From: Malacoraja senta | Lineage: Eukaryota | NCBI GenBank assembly: GCA_038087875.1 | Contig: CM075989.1 | Span: forward strand, 1,674,001-1,738,000 | Reading direction: 5' to 3' | Length of the DNA stretch: 64,000 bases | Part shown: positions 1-12,701 of the stretch, one piece after another | Layout: the number at the start of each line of letters is the position of its first letter | How positions within the stretch are numbered: the first letter of the stretch is position 1 | Made by a program: the position numbers and the translations under genes | Notes under the pieces: model-generated | The model's database searches: none | What the model was told of the DNA's origin: nothing | The model's input: the letters and a program-made list of their open reading frames with translations, nothing else

Positions 1-1304
1 GTATGAGCAAAATCCGATAATACATAGCACCCTACGAATTTGGAAACAGTTGAAATCAAGCCTCAAACTGAGAAATTTCTCTCTCCTTTTACCAATCGCT
101 AACAATCCCTCGTTTAAACCGTCTACTTTAAATAAGGCGTTTGCATAATGGAAAAACTCAGGAATTAAAGGTGGGAGATCTTTACGAGAAGGGGATTTTC
201 CACTCGTTTCAAGAATTACAGGAGAAATATCATTTGAAAGCAAGTAATTTTTTTAGATATCTTCAAATCCGAGACTATGTGAAAACATATACACAAGACT
301 GTCACGTTATGGGTCCAGATATACTAGATGAATGCATGAATAGACAGGCTGATACACGCATGTTAATATCCTGCATTTACAATACTCTTTGAATTGTACA
401 CATCCCTTCTTCTGAGATGCATAAGCGAGCATGGGAAGACAAATTGGGTTTATTAATTTCAAAGGATAGCTGGGAGGAAAGCCTTCTATACATACACTAC
501 TGCTCTCTCAATGTCAGGCACCCCCTGATACAATTTAAAATACTGCATAGACCAAATAATTCAAAGAGCAAATTGAACAAGATCTTCCCAAACGTCTCTG
601 CTATTTGTGATAAATGTCACTTCCACGAAGTGACTATAACCCATTTTCTCGCTTCCTGGATAAAGTTACAAAACTTATGGAGGGGAATATTTGATATCTT
701 CTCCAAAATACTTTAAATTAAATTGGAACCAGATATAAAACTAATCACATTAGGTATCTCAGAGGCCTGCTCTAAGCTAACAATATTTCAAGGACGTTTC
801 CTCAATTACTGCCTAATAACGGCGAAAAAATTAATACTCAAATTTTGGAAACAGACAACAGTCCCTACAGTGAAGATGTGGATAATGGATATGTCCGAGA
901 CACTACATTTGGAAAACATTAGGCTTGTCTTGGCAGATCAATTTCTCAAGACATGGTTGCCTTTTACTGAATTTCTGCAACAATAGAATGGTGAAACAAA
1001 AATTTAAACCCGATGCCAGGAATGGGTGAGTGGGGGGGGGGGTGGGTGGGGGGGGGGGGAGGTATATCTCCATCTCTTTTCTTATTTATTTTCTTTTTCC
1101 TTGCACTTCTTTGGTAGCTTAGGGGGTCTTTTTATTGCTCTCTCTTATTTTACTTATTTTTCTTCACTCTCTTTTTTTCCTTTTTTTTCCTTTTTGTTGA
1201 TTTAGGTTACAATGTTAAAAATGAAGCTGTATAATAACTGTATAACTGTTATGTCGATCGCCTTATCCCTGTACAATTGCTTCTAATAAAAATTAATTTT
1301 AAAA
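1..1304 (+). mobile_element. L1/Tx1-clade LINE 3' end (decayed ORF2 C-terminus and 3' UTR)
   Basis: ORFs 141-986 give L1 ORF2 C-terminal motifs (SFQELQEKYHL..FFRYLQIRDY; CDKC..TITH zinc-knuckle remnant; TAKKLILKFWK). G-run and T-rich UTR follow, with AATAAA at 1285. Confidence 0.85.
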
Positions 1305-1332
1305 CAATGAGGAAGATTAGCATGAGGGAAGA

Positions 1333-1639
1333 TTAGTTTAATTGTAGTTTAGAGTTACAGAGTGGAACCGGGCCATTTGGCCTATCATGTCCAGTCCGCC
1401 CAGCAATCATCCATACAATAGTTCTATCTTATACACTAGGAACAATTTACAGAAGCCAATTGACCTACAAGCCTGCACATCTTTGGAATGTGGGAGGAAT
1501 CCGGAGCACCCGGAGAAAACCCACATGGTCAGAGGGAGAAAGTAGAAATTCCATAAAGACAGCACACATAGTCAGGATTGAACCTGGGTCTCTGGCGCTG
1601 TAAGGCAGCAACTCTACCGCTGCGCCACCGTGCCACCCC
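1333..1639 (-). mobile_element. HE1-like tRNA-derived SINE
   Basis: Minus strand has head GGTGGCGCAGCGGTAGAGTTGCTGCC (A box), GGTTCAATCC (B box), a CR1-like 3' end and a CTAAA-type tail. Confidence 0.85.
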
Positions 1640-2668
1640 AGGTCCCAACGTAAATTGTGTGACACACTGATGAGACACTGGTCAACCTGAGGAGTACCTT
1701 CAGCAACAGACTGGTTCCACCATGATGCAGCACAGAACGCCACAGGTGATCTTTCTTTCCTGTGGCTATCAAACTAAACAATTCCTCCCCCTTTTGTCGT
1801 GAGGTAGACTGACTCCCCTCCCCCTCTCCCCCCCCCCCCCTCCTTCCACAATCTTTGCACATCCCCCAATCCTTTCCACTCGTCACTTTAATTTCATGTT
1901 TCATGTATTTTGTGTTTTATGACTGTTGGCAGATGAGGGGAAGGGATTGATGAGGCCTGCAGGGAGTTGCAAAGGGAACAATCACTTCTAAATGCTGAAA
2001 GGGGATGAGACTGGGTAGATGTCTGGTAGAATCGTGTTGGATCTGTGGAAACTGCAAAGGATAATTCACGTGATGTGTTGGGGGGGGGGGGGAAGGTGAA
2101 GACCAGGGGGGCCTCTGTTCTGGTTCAATTAAGGATGAGGCAGGGAGAGCAGAGATGAGGGCAGAAGCTCTGTCTACATTGCTGGAGAGAAAGTAAACTC
2201 TGCTGGAGAGATGGTTCAGAGATCTTCTAGAATTAAGGATACTATTCTGTGGGTGCAAGGGCAGTGGGATCTTGAGGTTTAGGTGCACAAATCACCAAAA
2301 TTTGCAGGGCATGTTAATAATGAATATATAATTGTGGAACTAATTAATATAAGAACTGAATCAAATCACTCTGAGCCTTGATAAAACACTGGACCTGCCC
2401 CAAATGAAGTACACATTGCTGTTCATCTCATTATTAGAATGATGTGTGAAATTAGGGAGGTGCCAGCCATGTTTTATGAGAGTGCTTGCTAGCAATACAC
2501 AGAACAAGAGCAGAGAGGCTGAAGCTGTTTAATTTGGAGACAAGGATGGTGAATGACTATTTATGAGAGATACATAAAATGAGAGAGTTCTGGACAGGGT
2601 GCGTGGTAGGAGGATGTTCCCATTGGCAGAGGAATCAAGACGTGACAGGAAATGAAGAGTCTTTCACT

Positions 2669-2980
2669 TTTAGACTTTAGAGATATAGCACAGACACAGG
2701 CCCTTCGGCCCACCGAGCCCATGCCGACTGGTGATCACCCCGTACACTAACACTATCCTACATACTATGGACAAACTACAATTTTATACCAAAGCCAATT
2801 AACCTTCAAACCTGTATGTCTTTGGGATGTCGGGAGGAAACCGGAGCACCCGGAGAAAACCCACGCAGGTTACAGGTAGAATATACAAACTCCGTACAGA
2901 CAGCACCCATATTGAGTATCGAACCTGGGTCTCTGGCGCTGTAAGGCAGCAACTCTACCGCTGCGCCACCGTGCCGCCCC
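2669..2980 (-). mobile_element. HE1-like SINE
   Basis: Same head, body and tail as the other copies. Confidence 0.85.
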
Positions 2981-3056
2981 TGAGGAAGAGAATGAATAGT
3001 GACATAAGGAAATCATTTACATGCAGCATGTGGATGGAATCTGGAAAGCAGATGGA

Positions 3057-4290
3057 AACATAGAAATATAGAAACATAGAAAATAGGTGCAGGAGTAGGC
3101 CATTCGGCCCTTTGAGCCAGCAACACCATTCAATATGATCATGGCCGATCATCCCAAATCAGTACCCGTTCCTGCTTTTTCCCCATATCCATTTCCGTTA
3201 GCCCTCAGAGCTAAATCTAACTCTCTTGAAAACATCCAGTGAATTTTTCATGCATCTAACCTGTCCAATCCCTTAAGAATTGTATATGTTTCTATAAGAT
3301 ACCCTCTCATCCTTCTAAATTCCAGTGAATACAATACAATACAATACAATACAATACAATTTATTTGTCATTTGGACCTCGTTGAGGTCCAAACGAAATG
3401 TCGTTTCTGCAGCCATACATTACAAAACGAAGAAGAACCGAGACACAACACAATTTACACATACATCCATCACAGCGCTGTGATGGAAGGCAAAAAAAAC
3501 GTATCTCTCCACTGCACTCCCCCCCCCGATGTCAGAGTCAAAGTCATAGCCCCCGGCGGGCGATTGTCCCGCGGCCATTAAAGCCACGCCGGGTAATGCA
3601 AGGTCGCGCACCGGGTCTTGGTGTTAGAGCCCCGGCGTGCACTCGCAAAGTCCCGCGGCCAATCCAAGCCGCGCGGGGCGACGATGTAAAGCCCCGCTCC
3701 AGGTGCTCTTCAACCCCGCAACTCGGGCGGGAGAAGTCGCCGCTGCGGAAGCCCCGAAAAGCGGTCTCCCACCAGGGACCCGCGGGCTTCCGGTGTTGCC
3801 GTCCGCCAGACCTGCGGTTGTAGCCTCCGAATCTCCGGGGGTCGGGTAGCAGCAGCGATTGTCTCCACCACAGCTCCACCCGCTCCGGACTCGGCCAGCC
3901 CCGTGACAGTGAGTAGTCCGCAGCTCCGCAACTGGAGCCCCAGGTCGTTCCTGCTGGAGGCCGCTCCACGTTGCCCAGCCCCAACGACAACGGAGACCCG
4001 ACAAAGAAAAGGTCGGGTCTCCCGTGCAGGGGAAAGATTTTAAAGTTTCCCCCCCCACCACAACCACACACATACCCCGACAAAAAATAATAATAAAAAC
4101 TACATAGAAACAAGACAAAAATAATAAAAAGACAGACGGACTGCAGAGGCCGCTGCTGACGAGAGTCGCGCCGCCCACCAACAATACAAGCCCAGTCGAC
4201 CCATTCTTTTATCATATGTCTGTCTTGCCATCCTGGGAATTAACCTGGTGAACAGCTTAACCTGTTGCACTCCCTGAATAGCAAGATGAG
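3057..4290 (-). mobile_element. CR1 (HER1-like) 3' fragment split by the 3329-4178 insertion
   Basis: CATAGAAA tail and CR1 3' UTR; the host sequence AATTCCAGTGAATACA|AGCCCAGTC rejoins across the insertion. Confidence 0.75.
3329..4178 (-). mobile_element. Non-coding GC-rich retroposon with Rex1-like head and tail
   Basis: Head GGCGGCGCGACTCTCGTCAGCAGCGGCC, T-rich tract, G-run, CpG-rich core, ATGACAAATAAA and (TTGTA)n tail; AATACA duplicated at the flanks. Confidence 0.65.
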
Positions 4291-4604
4291 CCAGAGGCAG
4301 GTGCCATTGTGGCCTTCAAAAGGGAGTTAGATAAATACATGGTGAGGTATCATTTGTGAGGCTATGGAGACAGACCAGATATGGATTTCATGGATTTACT
4401 CCACACAAAAGCCAGCACGGAAATGATGGACTGAATGGTCTCTTCAACAGGTCAGGGAATATCTGTGGGATAAGACACAGAGTACGTGTGATATTTCACC
4501 AGACATTCCTGAACATTCCTGGTTATGATGATCACCAGATGATGATGGGAACCAACTAACTTTCTCAGAGTAGCACGGCACCTGTTATGAATAATATGAA
4601 CGCA

Positions 4605-4960
4605 TATGAAGAAGGGTCCCGACTTGAACCGTCACCCATCCTTTTTCTCCAGTGATGCTGCCTGACCCACTGGGGTACTCCAGCACGTTGTGTCTGTCCA
4701 ACATTCACAAGGGGGTATCTCCCAGCTAACAATGATCTATTCTACATTTTCCTTGATCTCATTCCCTTTGACCCATTCTCACACCTTACACTTCCTTAGC
4801 TATGTATCTCCCTCTCCCCTCACATCAGACTGAAGAAGGGTCTCAACCTGAAACGTCACCCATTCCTTCTCTCCAGAGATGCTGCCTTTCCCGCTGAGTT
4901 ACTCCAGCATTTTGTGTCTATCTTCGGTTTAAACCAGCATCTGCAGTTCCTTCGTACACA
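4605..4960 (+). mobile_element. Penelope-like terminal repeats in tandem, with two hammerhead-like motifs
   Basis: TGAAGAAGGGTC..GAAACGTC..GATGCTGCC..GCTGAGTTACTCCAGCA occurs at ~4607 (degenerate) and ~4830. Confidence 0.75.
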
Positions 4961-5544
4961 TTCACAAGGGTTTGCCAATTTAAGTAATTCCTAATCTATA
5001 AAGCTCACAAACCCATGTACCAGGCTAGAGCTGCTAATTGTGGATCTGACATTCAGCATCCTGATTCAAGCCAACATATTTTATTGGGCTCTTTAGCCAA
5101 ACTGAGTGGAAGCTGACACGTATCTTTGGGAACCAAGGAGCCTGCATCTGATGACTAGACTTTAATGTCAGGTGCCTCTTGTATCCTGGTGCAGTACAGG
5201 AAGTGAAAAACATGCCATGTGTGGGTGATTTAGGTTGAAATATGGTCTACAACCTCAAGACAATATTTACAACTCAGTAAGTGTTTACAACTCAGGTGAA
5301 TCCATGGAGATCCATGGAGACACAAGGAACTGCAGATACCTCGGACTATGTTTACTCTGACGTTATCTTGCACTAAACGTTATTCCCTTTATCTTACATC
5401 TGTACACGGCTTGATTGTAATTATCTGAAGTCTTTCCGCTGACTGGATAGCCCAAAACAAAAAAGCTTTTCACTGTACGTGACAATAAACCAAACTAAAC
5501 TAAACTCATCTAAACTAAACTTAACTTAACTTAGCAGGGTGGGT

Positions 5545-5850
5545 GGCCATGGTGGCGCAGCGGTAGAGTAGCTTGCAGTGCCAGAGAGCCGGGTTCGATC
5601 CCGACTATGGGTGCTTCTGTACGGAGTTTGTACCTTCTCCCCGTGACCGTGTGGGTTTTCTCCGAGATCTTCAGTTTCCTCCCACACTCCAAAGACGTAC
5701 AGGTATGTAGGTAAATTGGCTTTGTTTATATGTAAATTGTCCCTAATGTGTATAGGGTAGTGTTAATATGTGGGAATCGCTGGTCGGCACGGACTCGGTG
5801 GGCTGAAGGCCCTGTTTGCGGCCTGTATCTCTAACCTAAACTAAACTAAA
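5545..5850 (+). mobile_element. HE1-like SINE
   Basis: GGTGGCGCAGCGGTAGAG head, GGTTCGATCC B box, (CTAAA)n tail. Confidence 0.85.
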
Positions 5851-6242
5851 CTGCAGATGCTGTCTGACCCCTTGAGTAATTCCAGCACTTTATGTTTTAG
5901 TTAAGTTTAGTTTAGTTTAGGTTAGAGATACAGGAAATTGACAGATGATGTTTCAGGTCAGGCCCCTTCTTCAGAGATATCCATCTTTGCTCAGCATCAG
6001 TGGAAGGAGAAGTAATTTATCAGGTCCAGGGTGATGAAGAATTTTATGAAAGGCCATTGACGTGAAATATTTTCTGTCCACAGACACCTGATTCAATGTC
6101 CACCATTATAGGTTTTTATTTCAGATTTCCAGCGTGTTTTCCCCTCAACTCTGTCCTCCACGTACGTTGTTCAGCCAGGCCCTGCAGAGCAACAATCAGC
6201 TTAGAGGGGGGTGACATGGGAAACTATGTCAATGGTATTAAA

Positions 6243-7030
6243 TCAGTATAATATAGATAAATGTGAGGTTATCCACTTTGGTGGCAAAAACAAGGGGGCA
6301 GATTATTATCTCAATGTGGTTAGGTTAGGTAAGGGGGTGGTACACCAGTCACTGAAAGTTGGCGTGCAGGTACAGCAGGCAGTGAAGAAAGCTAATGGAA
6401 TGTTGGACTTCATAACAAGAGGATTTCAGTATAGGAGTAGAGAGGTTCTTCTGCTGTTGTATAGGGCTCTGGTAAGACCACATCTGAAGTATTGCGTACA
6501 GTTTTGGTCTCCTAATTTGAGGAAGGACATTCTTGTGATTGAGGCAGTGCAGCGTAGGTTCACGAGATTGATCCCTGGGATGGCGGGACTGTCATACGAG
6601 GAAAGATTGAAAAGCCTTGGCTTGTATTCAATGGAGTTTAGAAGGATGAGGGGGATCTTATAGAAACATATACAATTATAAAAGGACTGGACAAGCTAGA
6701 TGCAGGAAAAATGTTCCCAATGTTGGGTGGGTCCAGAACCAGGGGCCACAGTCTTAGAATAAAGACCATTTAAGACTGAGGTGAGAAAAACTTTTCACCC
6801 AGAGAGTTGTGAATTAGTGGAATTCCCTGCCACAGAGGGCAGTGGAGGCCAAATCACTGGATGGATATAAGAGAAAGTTAGATAGAGCTCTAGGGGCTAG
6901 TGGAATCAAGGGATATGGGGAGAAGGCAGGCACGGGTTATTGATTGGGGACGATCAGCCATAATCGCAATGAATGGCGGTTCGAAGGGCCGAATGGCCTC
7001 ATCCTGCACCTATTTTCTATGTTTCTATGA
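6243..7030 (+). mobile_element. CR1 LINE 3' fragment
   Basis: KCEVIHFG..LYRALVRPHLKYCVQFWSP..QRRFTRLIPG; TTTCTATG tail. Confidence 0.9.
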
Positions 7031-7292
7031 AACCGATCAATTTGAACCTAGTTTGTATGTAAAACGCATAGACCACATAGCTCCAAAGAAACCTACCTCA
7101 GCCGACATTAATAAATGACTGATTTCACAGAATTTATTTGCTGGAAGACTTGAAGCGTAAATGTTTTTTTTGAATAATTTGCCCCCACCTCATTACCAAG
7201 AGCACTGCACTCTTTCCAAAGTTGAAAATTATTACTGACTAATCTTTTGATATATGAGCAGGTCTAGGTCTATAAACACTTCTAATGTCAAC

Positions 7293-7447
<155 letters not shown>

Positions 7448-7454
7448 AACCTGC

Positions 7455-7730
7455 CTCACGGCTGGTGGGCTCACAGTTCACTTACTCACGGTTGGTGGGC
7501 TCACAGTTCACTCACTCACGGCTGGTGGGCTCACTGTTCACTCACTCACGGCTAGTGGGCTCACCGTTCACTCACTCACGGCTGGTAGGCTCACAGTTCA
7601 CTCACTCACGGCTGCTGGAGCCACAGTTCACTCACTCACGGCTTCTGGACCCGACTCTCACTCACGACTTTCGGGCTTTCGGGTTTTCGGGCTTCTGGGT
7701 TTTCGGGCTTCCGGGCTTCCGGGCTTGCTG
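7455..7730. repeat. 30-bp minisatellite (~6.5 units) followed by (TCGGGCTT)n-like repeats
   Basis: Unit CTCACGGCTGGTGGGCTCACAGTTCACTCA. Confidence 0.9.
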
Positions 7731-8417
7731 ACTCACGCACGACTTCTGGACTCACGCCCGACCTCCGGGGCATTATTCTCCTCACCCCCGGAAGGGGCGT
7801 TCATGGTGACTGACAGGCGAGAAGACCAATCTGCTCATCTCACGAATTTTAAAACTTGTGGTCAAGATGAGAGTTTTAGTAATAATATATATTTATATAT
7901 ATATGTATACTTGTGTGTGTGTACTTGTGGGTATGTGTATATATACACACGGGACTTTTTTTTCTCTTTCGTTTATCATATTGTTTACAGAGTACTATGT
8001 TTACATGTGCTGCAGCAAGTAAGAATTGTGTTGTTCTATCTGGGACATATGATAATAAAACACTCTTGTCTCTTGACTCTTGCTCTCTTCCCAAAGTGGG
8101 AAACTATCAGTGACTAATTGTTTGATATATGAGCAGGTCTATGTCTCTAAATTGTTCTATTGTCAACATTAATGATCAAGATCATTGATCTGAAATGTTA
8201 ACTTTGTTTCTCTCTTCACCGACGCTGCTTGACGTGCTGATTATCTCCCACATTCTTTGCTTTAATATTTACCATCTTTATTTAAATCTTTGGTGTTTTG
8301 TTAGATTTCTCACAAAACATCTAGGAAGCTGGTCATGATGTCTGTCATGGTCTCTCTGCACCTCAAATCCAATGATGATTCACCGATCAGTATCAAACTA
8401 AATATTGCAGCATCAGT

Positions 8418-8718
8418 GTTTAGTTTAGTTTAATTTAGAGGTACAGTGTGGAAACAGGCTCTTTGGCCTACCGAGTCCATGCCGACCAGTGATCACCCCA
8501 TACACTAACACACACTACACACTAGGGACAATTTTACCAAAGCCAATTAACCTACAAACCTGTACGTCTTTGGAGTGTGGGAAGTAACCGGATAAAACCC
8601 ACGTGGTTACGGGGAGAATGTACAAACTCCTTACAGACAGCATCCGTAGTCAGGATCGAACCCAGATCAATGGCGCTGTAAGGCAGCAACTCTACCGCTG
8701 CGCCACCGTGTCACCCTA
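8418..8718 (-). mobile_element. HE1-like SINE
   Basis: Full head, body and tail on the minus strand. Confidence 0.85.
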
Positions 8719-9370
8719 GTGGGGGAAGATGAGAATGAGAAATTAATGCTGGACTTTTGCAAATCATGTTTATAATGTTTCTAGTAATAATTACTAACCG
8801 ATTAGCAAGTTTTCTCCCAAATATTTATAAAGTAATGTGTTCCTTCATTGATATTTCCGATAACGAATTCATTACATTCAACTGTATTATTGAACAATCA
8901 CATATAGAGCAAAGACATCCTGCAAACAGGTATTATTTGAACTTGTCGAGACTCTCAGTTCATCGATTACCTGCGAAGGAAGATCTGCACATGGCATTTG
9001 ATTTTTGGTTAGATAAGAATAAATTTCACTTAGATTTACCCACATGTAATCATGTAATGTCTTTCTGCTGACTGGTTAGCCACACAGCAAAAGCTTTTCA
9101 CTGTACCTCGGTACACGTGACAATAAACTAAACTGAAACTCTCTGTGGGACTTGGACAAAAATGTGCTGGGATTGGAATTGAATTAGAATCCATTTGCAC
9201 AGTGCCCTTTGCAGAGCATCTGAGATGTTTATGTAAGTCAGCTCGCACTGTGTGTCCTATAACCAATCAGAGACTAAAACAGTCGATAAAGAGTCAAGCA
9301 AGATGAAAAACAGAACTAAAAATAATAATAAAAATAATCATATTGTTTTATGAAAGTGTTTGGTAATAAA

Positions 9371-9667
9371 TGGTGGCTCAGCGGTAGAGTTGCTGCCTCA
9401 CAGCGCCAGAGACCCGGGTTCCATCCTGACTACGGGTGCTTGTCTGTGTGGAGTTTGTACATTCTCCCCATGATCTCCGTGGGTTTTCTCCGGATGCTTT
9501 GGTTTCCTCCCACTCTCCAAAAACGTGCAGGTTTGTAGTCAATTTGGCTTTGGTAAATTTGTAAGTTGCTCCTAGTGTGTGGGATAATGTTAGTGTGCGG
9601 GGATCGCTAGTCAGCCGAAGGTGGGCCGAAGGGCCTGTTTCCCCGCTGTATCTCTAAACTAAACTAA
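9371..9667 (+). mobile_element. HE1-like SINE
   Basis: GGTGGCTCAGCGGTAGAG head, CTAAA tail. Confidence 0.85.
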
Positions 9668-9769
9668 AATATCGTTTGAAGGAATCAAATTCCATTCTTC
9701 TGAAATATGTGGGAACATATGGATTATTTTACTGTAATGAAGTGTATTGTACATTTCAAAAATTACTTA

Positions 9770-10930
9770 AAGTGATTGATGAGGGTAATGGAGTGGATGT
9801 TGACATAGATTTTGATTAAAGCCATTTGATAAAGTTGCCCATAGCCGGATGATCCACGGAATTATCAGTGACTTGGTCATATGGATTCAGAACTGACACA
9901 CTGATAGAAGGCAGAGGATTGTGTGGGTGGGTGTTATTCGGGCTGGAGGGCTGGGACCAGTGGAGTTCCACAGGGATCGGTGCTGGGACCTCTGTTGTGT
10001 GTGATATATATATATATATATATATATATAAATGACTTGGACATTAATGTAGATGGGTTGGTTAGTAAGTTTGCCATCAAGATTGCTGGGGTCGTGGACT
10101 GTGAGGAAGACAGCCAAAGAATATAGCGGTATATAGATCAGCCACAGAATTAGGGGGAGAAATGACAGATGATGTTTAACCTGCACAAATGTGATGTGTT
10201 GCAATTTAGGAGGTCAAGGGTAAGGGGAAAGTTTACAGTAAATGCCAAGATCATTAACAATATGAATGTCAAAGACTATGGTTCCCTGAAAGTGGTAACG
10301 CAAGTAGATATAGTAATAAAGAAAGCATATAGTATGCTTGCTGTCATTAGTCGGGCATTGAATGTAAGAATCAGGAAGTCATGAGGCAGCTTTATAGGAA
10401 TTTGGTTATGAAACATTTGGAGTATTGCCTGCATTTTGGTCGCTCCATTACAGGAAGGTTGTAGAGGCTTTGGAAAGGGTGCAGATGTTTACCAGAATGC
10501 TGCCTCCATTAAAGATTATTAGTTCTAAGGAGAGGTTGGACAGACTTGGATTGTTTTCTCTGGAACATTGGAGGCTGAGAGAAGACCTGATAGAAGTATA
10601 TAACATTATGAGACACGTGGACAGGGTAGACAGTCAGAACCTTTTTCCTGGGAAGGAAATATCATAGCCTCAAGGACATAGCTTTAAGATGAGAGGGGGC
10701 AAGATTAAAGTGTGGGGCAAGTTTTTTTACACAAGGAGCGGTAGGTGTGTGGAATGCATGGCCAGGGGCTGTGGTGGAGGCCAATACTATAGTGGCATTT
10801 ATAAGCTATTTAGATAGACACATGGATATGAAGGAAATGGAGGGATAGAGATCACATATCTATTGTTCAGAACACATTGTGGGCCGAAGGGCCTGTTGTT
10901 GTGCTGTACCGTTCTATGTTCTATGGTCCA
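9770..10930 (+). mobile_element. Old CR1 LINE fragment (RT to 3' end) with internal (TA)n
   Basis: SGVPQGSVLGPLL..INDLD; LERVQ.FTRMLP; frameshifted. Confidence 0.85.
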
Positions 10931-11260
10931 CATGCATGCAGAGTTGAATAATTGTATTTGACGTCGTGTTCAGCGCAGCCATTGTGGGCCGAGGCATCTA
11001 TTCCTCTGCTGCACTGTGTGGTTCTGGTCTATGTCCAGCATTTGAGATCCCAGTAAGTGGAAGGGAGCAAAGGACAGAGTGCTGATGGGTGGAATGGAGA
11101 TGCATGGGCTGAGGGATTCAGACGGCAATCATTGCCCAGTGAGCCAGCTGGACTTTACCCTGTCCACAGAACACAGGTGCGTACAAACCATTACCTGGTG
11201 ATATCATGGCATCCTCTTGGTCTTGAACATTGGATTATCAATGAAATATCAATCATATAG

Positions 11261-12465
11261 TAAGTCAATGAAAGTAAGCATGCAGGTACAGCAGGCAGTG
11301 AAGAAGCGAATGGCATGTTGGCCTTCATAACAAGATGAGTTGAGTATAGGAGCAAAGAAGTCCTTCTGCAGTTGTACAGGGCCCTAGTGGGACCACACCT
11401 GGAGTATTGTGTGCGGTTTTGGTCCCTTAATTTGAGGAAGGACATTCTTGCTATTGAGGGAGTACAGCGTAGGTTCACAAGGTTCACAAGGTGCCATAGA
11501 GGGAGTACAGAGAAGGTTCACCAGATTGATTCCTGGGATGTCAGGACTTTCATATGAAGAAAGACTGGATAGACTCGGCTTGTACTCGCTAGAATTTCGA
11601 AGATTGAGGGGGGATCTTATAGAAACTTACAAAATTCTTAAGGGGTTGGACAGGCTAGATGCAGGAAGATTGTTCCCGGTGTTGGGGAAGTCCAGGACAA
11701 GGGGTCACAGTTTAAGGATTAAGGGGAAATCCTTTAGGACCGAGATGAGAAAAACATTTTTCACACAGAGAGTGGTGAATCTCTGGAACTCTCTGCCACA
11801 GAAGGTAGTTGAGGCCAGTTCATTGCCTATATTTAAGAGAGAGTTAGATGTGGCCCTTGTGGCTAAAGGGATCAGGGGGTATGGAGAGAAGGCAGGTACA
11901 GGATACTGAGTTGGATGATCAGCCATGATCATATTGAATGGCCGAATGGCCTACTCCTGCACCTATTTTCTATGTTTCTATGTTTCTATGTTAATTCCCA
12001 GGATGGAGGGACTGTCATATGCTTAGAGAATGGAGCGGCTGGGCTTCTATACTCTGGAATATAGAAGGATGAGAGGACACCTTATTGAAACATATAAGAT
12101 TATTAAGGGTCTCGACACGCTAGATGCAGGAAACATGGTCCCGATGTTGGGGGAGTCCAGAACCAGGGGCCACAGTTTAAGAATAAGGGGTAAGGCATTT
12201 AGAACAGAGATGAGGAAACACTTTTTCACACAGAGAGTTGTGAGTTTGTGGAATTTTCTGCCTCATAGGGCGGTGGAGGCTAGTTCTCTGGATACTTTCA
12301 AGAGAGAGCTTGATAGGGCTCTTAAAAATAGCGGAGTCAGGGGATATGGGGAGAAGGCAGGAATGGGATACTGATTGTGGATGATCAGCCATGATCCTAT
12401 TGAATGGCAGTGCTGGCTCGAAGGGCCGAATGGCTTACTCCTGCACCTATTGTCTATTGTCTATT
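11261..12465 (+). mobile_element. CR1 3' fragment containing a second CR1 (about 11492-11990)
   Basis: Two different tails (TTTCTATG and TGTCTAT); the outer copy rejoins as GGTTCACAAGG|TTAATTCCCAGGATGG. Confidence 0.85.
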
Positions 12466-12701
12466 TCATTAATTTATTATATTCTAAGTTTCGCACTAAA
12501 AATGACTGTACCAACAGTTCACAAAACCGAGACTTTGTTGCTTTCAAAGTTCCTACGTTCTAGGAGCAGAATAACACCATTCAGCCCATCAAGTCTACTC
12601 TGCCATTCAATCATGGCTGAGTATGAATCTATCTCTCCCTCTCATGGAGAGAGGGGGGAGGGTATAGGTGAAAGTAGAACGGTGGGTAGTTAGAAGTTAC
12701 T

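Noticed and set aside
3398..4215. Overlapping long ORFs in GC-rich elements (also 37044-37650, 48486-49308, 57097-57526)
   Set aside because: GC-rich stop-poor DNA, open in several frames, with no shared peptide between related copies.
5545..5630. tRNA genes at SINE heads
   Set aside because: A and B boxes are present but run into SINE body and tail; no convincing cloverleaf.
7455..7650. 30-bp repeat array as a CRISPR
   Set aside because: Units are contiguous without unique spacers, the context is eukaryotic and there are no cas genes.
8757..9071. 104-aa plus-strand ORF, or an FN3-like minus-strand peptide (NEFVIGNINEGTHYF)
   Set aside because: The plus ORF runs into a repeat tail with no recognisable motif; the FN3 resemblance is too short to support.
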